A stretch of 64,000 nt of DNA from Spirochaetaceae bacterium. Lineage in GTDB: Bacteria > Spirochaetota > Spirochaetia > DSM-2461. Position numbers and translations under genes: made by a program. The DNA is taken from assembly GCA_965224705.1 (NCBI GenBank), contig OZ245056.1:1120001-1184000 (forward strand), given 5' to 3'. The notes below the pieces were generated by a model. That model did not search any database, had not been told where the DNA came from, and saw nothing but the letters and a program-made list of their open reading frames with translations. This document shows, one piece after another, positions 59,221 through 64,000 of the stretch. Positions within the stretch are counted from its first letter, which is position 1; the number at the start of each line of letters is the position of its first letter.

Positions 59221-59629
59221 TAAGCTCCGATAATGCCGACTTAAGCCCCCGAATTTTTTGGATTTCTGGGGTGTGAAATGCTATTGTCACGATTAAACGT
59301 CAATATGCGAGAGCCAAATTCAATAAACCCATGAATAAGGCTCTTTGAATACATGGAAAAGGGATAAACCGCAGAGGACGCAGAGGCACGCAGAGAAATA
59401 CAGGATAGAAAGATTAGTCAATACTTACCGTGAACACTTTGCGCTCTCTGCGTCCTCTGCGGTTATAAAAAAAAGAGGATTCTTCAGCTTTGCGTTCATC
59501 TCAAGCCCCCGTACGAAAGCCCCCCCGCACCAGATGCCGCCACCTCCGTGCCCTCCGTGCCTCCGTGAGCCCCCCCCTCCACACCCCCGTATAGATGAAA
59601 CAGCCAAACCATGCTATGTTAAAAGCATC

Positions 59630-61375
59630 ATGAAAAAGAAACTGACTCAAGGTATTACTGATTTCAAAGAATTCATCGACAACGACTGCTATTTTGTCGA
59701 TAAAACCCATCTTATCGCGCACCTTATCGACGACCCCAGCAAGGTCCATTTAATTACCCGCCCCCGGCGCTTTGGAAAAACCTTGAATCTGAGCATGATC
59801 CGCCACTTCCTGGAAGCCCCCCTGCCCACTCCCCAAGACCAGAATTCCCACACATCGTTCACAACTCCCAATGCTTACCTTTTTGAGAATCTTGCAATCG
59901 CCTCCCATCCGCGCTGCGCCGAGTTCATGGGGCAGTATCCGGTTATTCATTTGAGCTTCAAGAATGTGAAAAGTCCTTCCCAGGAGAACAGCATGCGTCT
60001 CATTCAATCCTGCCTGGCCGATGAATTCAGAAGGCATAATTATTTGAAAGACAGAGACTGCCTCGCTGAAGAGGAATTGACATTGTTCAACTGGATTCTC
60101 AGGCGCAAGGGATCTGAACAGGACTGTGCGGAAGCCCTTCGTCAACTCTCCGCATGGCTCCACCGCGCCTACGGCAAACCACCCTACATCCTTCTGGACG
60201 AGTACGACACCCCCCTCCATTCGGCCCATGTGGATAACTACTACGACCAGATGATCGCCTTCATCCGCAGCTTCATGGTGCAGACCTTCAAGGACAACCC
60301 CCACCTGAAACAGGCCGTGGTAATCGGCATATTGAAAATTGCCCAGGAGAGCATATTCAGCGACTTTAACAATCCCAGGGTGAACACATTGCTGGATCCG
60401 GAAATTGAAGACACATTCGGGTTCACAGAATCCGAGGTGGAAACCATGACCGCTCACTTTGGTCTGGAAAATACCATGGATGGTATAAAAAAATGGTACA
60501 ACGGCTACCTCTTCGGCGGAGAAACCGTCATCTACAATCCCTGGAGCATCGTCAGTTTTCTTAGTCGTCCCAAAGCCGGTCTGCACCCGCACTGGATAAG
60601 CACCAGCGACAACAGACTCGTCAAGGAAGTCATCAAACTAAAGCGCCGGGATGCGAAAATGACAACAGAAAAACTTCTACGGAAAGAGGAAGTGCGCAAG
60701 CCGCTCTTGACCAACATTCCCTACACCCAGATAGAAAATGATCCGGATGTGGTATGGAGTTTCCTTCTCCACAGCGGCTACCTCAAAGCTTCCGACATGC
60801 ACCAGGAAGAACTGGGAACCAGCTGGCGGCTCTCCATACCCAACAAAGAATTGGAAACGGCCTGGAAGACTGTGGTGCTGAACTGGCTGAAGGAGGATCT
60901 GTCCATCAACGAGGATTTTACGGACTTTATCAGCGGCATCAGAGAAGCCAATCCCAGGCTGATTGAACGCGGCCTGAAGCGAATCCTGTTTGGCCTGGCC
61001 AGTTATTACGATAGCGCGCGGGACGAGGAGGATAGGCGGGAAAACTTCTACCATGGTCTTGTACTGGGTCTTCTGGCCTATCTTGGCCCGGCCTATACCG
61101 TGGACAGCAACCGGGAGTATGGGAGAGGCCGCTCGGACATTGTGGTGGTCAGAAAGGGAAGCGATCCTGCCCAGGCCGAGGAGGCTTTTGTGTTCGAATT
61201 CAAGCAGGGAAACACCGATGCTGATACCTCACTGGAAGTGCTGGCCCAGGCTGCTTATGCCCAGGCGGTGGAGGGATACCTTGGCGGAGTCAGGGAGAAA
61301 TGGCATCCGAAGGAATTGTTGGTTCTGGGAATTGGTTTCCGGGGGAAAGACTTGTCCCTGTATTGCGAGGCATGA
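59630..61375 (+). CDS. AAA-ATPase-like + PD-(D/E)XK nuclease protein, copy 5 (divergent C-terminal half)
   Basis: ATG 59630 assigned by homology; 581 aa; SNREYGRGRSDI...FEFK. Confidence 0.92.
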   Translation: MKKKLTQGITDFKEFIDNDCYFVDKTHLIAHLIDDPSKVHLITRPRRFGKTLNLSMIRHFLEAPLPTPQDQNSHTSFTTPNAYLFENLAIASHPRCAEFMGQYPVIHLSFKNVKSPSQENSMRLIQSCLADEFRRHNYLKDRDCLAEEELTLFNWILRRKGSEQDCAEALRQLSAWLHRAYGKPPYILLDEYDTPLHSAHVDNYYDQMIAFIRSFMVQTFKDNPHLKQAVVIGILKIAQESIFSDFNNPRVNTLLDPEIEDTFGFTESEVETMTAHFGLENTMDGIKKWYNGYLFGGETVIYNPWSIVSFLSRPKAGLHPHWISTSDNRLVKEVIKLKRRDAKMTTEKLLRKEEVRKPLLTNIPYTQIENDPDVVWSFLLHSGYLKASDMHQEELGTSWRLSIPNKELETAWKTVVLNWLKEDLSINEDFTDFISGIREANPRLIERGLKRILFGLASYYDSARDEEDRRENFYHGLVLGLLAYLGPAYTVDSNREYGRGRSDIVVVRKGSDPAQAEEAFVFEFKQGNTDADTSLEVLAQAAYAQAVEGYLGGVREKWHPKELLVLGIGFRGKDLSLYCEA

Positions 61376-61494
61376 TTTGACGGATGATTGATGAATTGTG
61401 AATCTTCCGGGGCTGTGTCAGGACGAAGGATTTGGTTCATCCGTAGACTTCCCCTCTTTACGAGCTTCCATAGCGCACTCCGTGTAAATCCGTG

Positions 61495-62178
61495 TCATCT
61501 GCGGTTACAAAACCCATGAATAAGGCTCTTTGAGTATATGAAAGGGGGATAAACCGCAGAGGACGCAGAGGTACGCAGAGAAATGAAGCATAGAAAGATT
61601 GGTCAATACTTACCGTGAACACTCTGCGCTCTCTGCGTCCTCTGCGGTTATAAAAAGAAAAGAGGATTCTTCAGCTTTGCGCTCATCTCAAGGCCCCGTG
61701 CGAAAGCCCCCCCATAACCAGAGCCACCACCTCCGTGCCCTCCGTGCCTCCGTGAGAGACACACCCCAGAATCATTGTTTTTCATTTTTGGGGGACTTGT
61801 AATTGGCTTCTAACGTGAACACTCTACGCTCTCTGCGGTTACAAAACTCATGAATAAGCCTCTTTGAGTATATGAAAGAGGGATAAACCGCAGAGGACGC
61901 AGAGAAATACAGCATAGAAAGATTGGTCAATACTTACCGTGAACACTCTGCGCTCTCTGCGTCCTCTGCGGTTATAAAAAGAGAGGATTCTTCAGCTTTG
62001 CGTTCATCCAAAGCCCCCCGCAACCCAGGCCACCACCTCCGTGTCCTCCGTGCCTCCGTGAGAGACACCCCAGAATCGTTGTTTTTGATTTCTAGGGCAC
62101 TTGTAATTGGCTTCTAACGCGAACACTCTGCGTCCTCTGCGGTTACAAAACCCATGAATAAGGCTCTTTGAGTATATG
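61495..62178 (+). repeat. Mosaic cluster of hairpin units and linker modules
   Basis: Full units at 61548 and 61882, half units near 61813 and 62118, cctccgtg linkers; higher-order period about 334 bp. Confidence 0.9.
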
Positions 62179-62269
62179 AGTTGTAATATTGTTGTTAGGC
62201 GTGGCCGCCTTGTCCACAGCAAAATCTGCCTTATTGGGCACATTCTTATGGCGGTGTGCGGGGGTGCCT

Positions 62270-62536
62270 TCAGAGCTTTTCGATCTCTTCTTCGCTTAGG
62301 CCGGTGGCCTTGATGATGAGTTCCATGTCGGCTCCGGCGGCTTTTAATCGCCTGGCTGTTTGCATTATACCCTCTTCCCTGCCATCGTTCCAGGATTCAT
62401 CCAGGCCGCTTAGATAATCCCTTCTCCATTTCTCTTTGGCTTCCAGCCTGTCAAGCATGGCTTGATCGGCAGTGAATGTTGTGTAGAGTTTATGGGCCTC
62501 CTGAATATATGGGTTGTCTCCCAATAGCACGGGCAT
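62270..62536 (-). CDS. Predicted intragenic small C-terminal Rpn protein (RpnS-like, 88 aa)
   Basis: AAGGAGG (62542-62548) lies 5 nt before an in-frame ATG (62536) inside the Rpn gene. Confidence 0.65.
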   Translation of the reverse strand: MPVLLGDNPYIQEAHKLYTTFTADQAMLDRLEAKEKWRRDYLSGLDESWNDGREEGIMQTARRLKAAGADMELIIKATGLSEEEIEKL

Positions 62537-63124
62537 CTCGTCCTCCTTCAAATAACCTTCGTACTTAAAAAAATAGCACCATCGTTCAAAGTCGCTTCCA
62601 ATAGCCAGGTGGGCTTCATCGGGAAATGTCATTTTCGAGAGTTCCATGAACATGATGTACAGATGGTCGGTCAAGACCTGTTCGGGATGATCCATTTCGG
62701 TAAGTTGAAAGCAGGTGTGGTACTCCTCCAGTTGTGGAAAAAGGGGCTCGCCAACCAGATTGATGCAAATAACCGGATTGAGTCTGGAGTAGGCCTCTGA
62801 TTCACGCAGTTGGTTCTGGTAGTTTTTTGCCCAGTATAACAGACTTCGATTGGCAAAATACTTGCCGGTGGAGATCTGTATCTCAACGTTAATGATGCGA
62901 TTGCGGCTGTCTCTTGCCTTGACATCCAGTATAGTTTCCCTGTCGCTGAAGTATTCTTTCAGGTTGTAGGGGTTGAGTATATCGACGCTGGTGACCGGGC
63001 CTAATTCCTTTGGAGTTAAAAATGCATTGATAAAATTCGTCAGCAGGCTGGTGTTTTTCTCATCGCCCAGAAGGGCACGGGCAAACAAGTCAGACAGCGG
63101 ATCGAATGGTCTGGTTGTTTCCAT
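62270..63124 (-). CDS. Rpn-family recombination-promoting nuclease / PD-(D/E)XK putative transposase (PDDEXK_2)
   Basis: PLSDLFA, ILDVKARD, INVEIQ, RSLLYWAKNY, C-terminal GREEG...IIKATGLSEEEIEKL. Confidence 0.92.
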   Translation of the reverse strand: METTRPFDPLSDLFARALLGDEKNTSLLTNFINAFLTPKELGPVTSVDILNPYNLKEYFSDRETILDVKARDSRNRIINVEIQISTGKYFANRSLLYWAKNYQNQLRESEAYSRLNPVICINLVGEPLFPQLEEYHTCFQLTEMDHPEQVLTDHLYIMFMELSKMTFPDEAHLAIGSDFERWCYFFKYEGYLKEDEMPVLLGDNPYIQEAHKLYTTFTADQAMLDRLEAKEKWRRDYLSGLDESWNDGREEGIMQTARRLKAAGADMELIIKATGLSEEEIEKL

Positions 63125-63130
63125 GATTTT

Positions 63131-63159
63131 ACATTACGGGAGTTTTGGCATTTATGCAA
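63131..63159 (-). promoter_or_regulatory. Putative leaderless sigma70 promoter of the Rpn gene
   Basis: TTGCAT (63154-63159)-N17-TAATGT (63131-63136), 6 nt before the ATG; no Shine-Dalgarno. Confidence 0.55.
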
Positions 63160-63189
63160 GGGATGTCTTAGCGTGAAGGGTGAAGTGTG

Positions 63190-63742
63190 AAGCCCCCCTG
63201 CAATCCAGAGCCACCACCTCCGTGTCCTCCGTGCCTCCGTGAGAGACACACCCCAGAATCATTGTTTTTCATTTTTAGGGGACTTGTAATTGGCTTCTAC
63301 CGTGAACACTCTGCGTTCTCTGCGGTTACAAAACCCATGAATAAGGCTCTTTGAGTATATGGAAGGGGGATAAACCGCAGAGGACGCAGAGGTACGCAGA
63401 GAAATGTAGCATAGAAGGATTGGTCGATACTTACCGTGAACACTCTGCGCTTTCTGCGGTTACAAAACCTATGAATAAGGCTCTTTGAGTATATGAAAGA
63501 GGGATAAACCGCAGAGGACGCAGAGAAATACAGCATAGAAAGATTGGTCCATACTTACTGTGAACACTCTGCGCTCTCTGCGGTTAAAAACTTATGAATA
63601 AGGCTCTTTGAGTATATGAAAGGGGGATAAACCGCAGAGGTATGCAGAGAAATGCAGCATAGAAAGATTGGTCGATACTTACCGCGAACACTCTGCGCTC
63701 TCTGCGGTTAAAAAACCCATGAATAAGGCTCTTTGAGTATAT
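63190..63742 (+). repeat. Linker module, half unit and three tandem hairpin units
   Basis: gataaaccgcag at 63369, 63503 and 63626. Confidence 0.9.
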
Positions 63743-63837
63743 GAGTTGTAATATTGTTGTTAGGCGTGGCTGCCTTGTCCGCAGCAAAATCTGCCTTATT
63801 GGGGCACATTCTTATGGCGGTGTGGGGGGGGGTGCCT

Positions 63838-64000
63838 TCAGAGCTTTTCGATCTCTTCTTCGCTCAGGCCGGTGGCCTTGATGATGAGTTCCATGTCGGC
63901 TCCGGCGGCTTTTAATCGCCTGGCTGTTTGCATTATGCCTTCTTCTATACCCTCTTCCCTGCCATCGTTCCAGGATTCATCCAAACCGCTTAGATAATCC
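63838..64000 (-). CDS. Second Rpn-family gene, 3' end only (runs off the right edge)
   Basis: Manual translation DYLSGLDESWNDGREEGIEEGIMQTARRLKAAGADMELIIKATGLSEEEIEKL*, nearly identical to the first copy. Confidence 0.88.
   Translation of the reverse strand, partial: DYLSGLDESWNDGREEGIEEGIMQTARRLKAAGADMELIIKATGLSEEEIEKL

Noticed and set aside
59345..59629. 95-aa N-terminal extension of AAA copy 5
   Set aside because: It is translated spacer repeat. Homology and promoter position place the start at 59630.
51400..60145. Diversity-generating retroelement as the source of the variable cassette
   Set aside because: No reverse transcriptase or non-coding template repeat is visible, and differences between the closest alleles (copies 3 and 5) are not confined to adenines.
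52968..63710. Integron attC sites: the hairpins are bounded by AAC...GTT and alternate with genes
   Set aside because: Boxes do not fit RYYYAAC/GTTRRRY well and there is no unpaired R-L spacer. Sites lie ~140 bp from stop codons, orientation is independent of gene direction, and there is no integrase in the window. An IntegronFinder run would settle it.
1..64000. tRNA, rRNA or riboswitch genes
   Set aside because: None recognised by eye in the intergenic regions; a covariance-model scan was not possible.

Overview
The window looks like spirochaete (Spirochaetia-like) chromosome. This is inferred from FA(N/G)G-type solute-binding signal peptides and the rpoN-hpf-hprK-ptsH-lexA-holA block. Bases 1-25.5 kb hold carbohydrate uptake and catabolism: TctABC-kdgK-eda-IclR, a sugar ABC transporter with two large FAD oxidoreductases, and a rare-sugar ABC/3-epimerase/FGGY-kinase cluster, plus sppA and an orphan two-domain adenine methyltransferase. 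Bases 25.8-43.3 kb are mostly housekeeping genes, with a nested stack of miniature mobile elements at 40.5-41.25 kb. Bases 43.5-64 kb are an accessory, probably defence-type island scaffolded by about 14 copies of a ~100-bp hairpin repeat. The island contains a 6xFN3 surface lipoprotein, a nuclease-NACHT + Schlafen/AlbA_2 gene pair, and five tandem AAA-ATPase/PD-(D/E)XK nuclease paralogues. These paralogues are highly similar apart from an exchangeable 61-aa variable segment, and each has its own promoter. The island ends with tandem Rpn genes, the complete one carrying a strong internal translation start for a small C-terminal protein. No rRNA, tRNA or true CRISPR array was recognised. All calls come from reading the sequence by eye; no searches were run.
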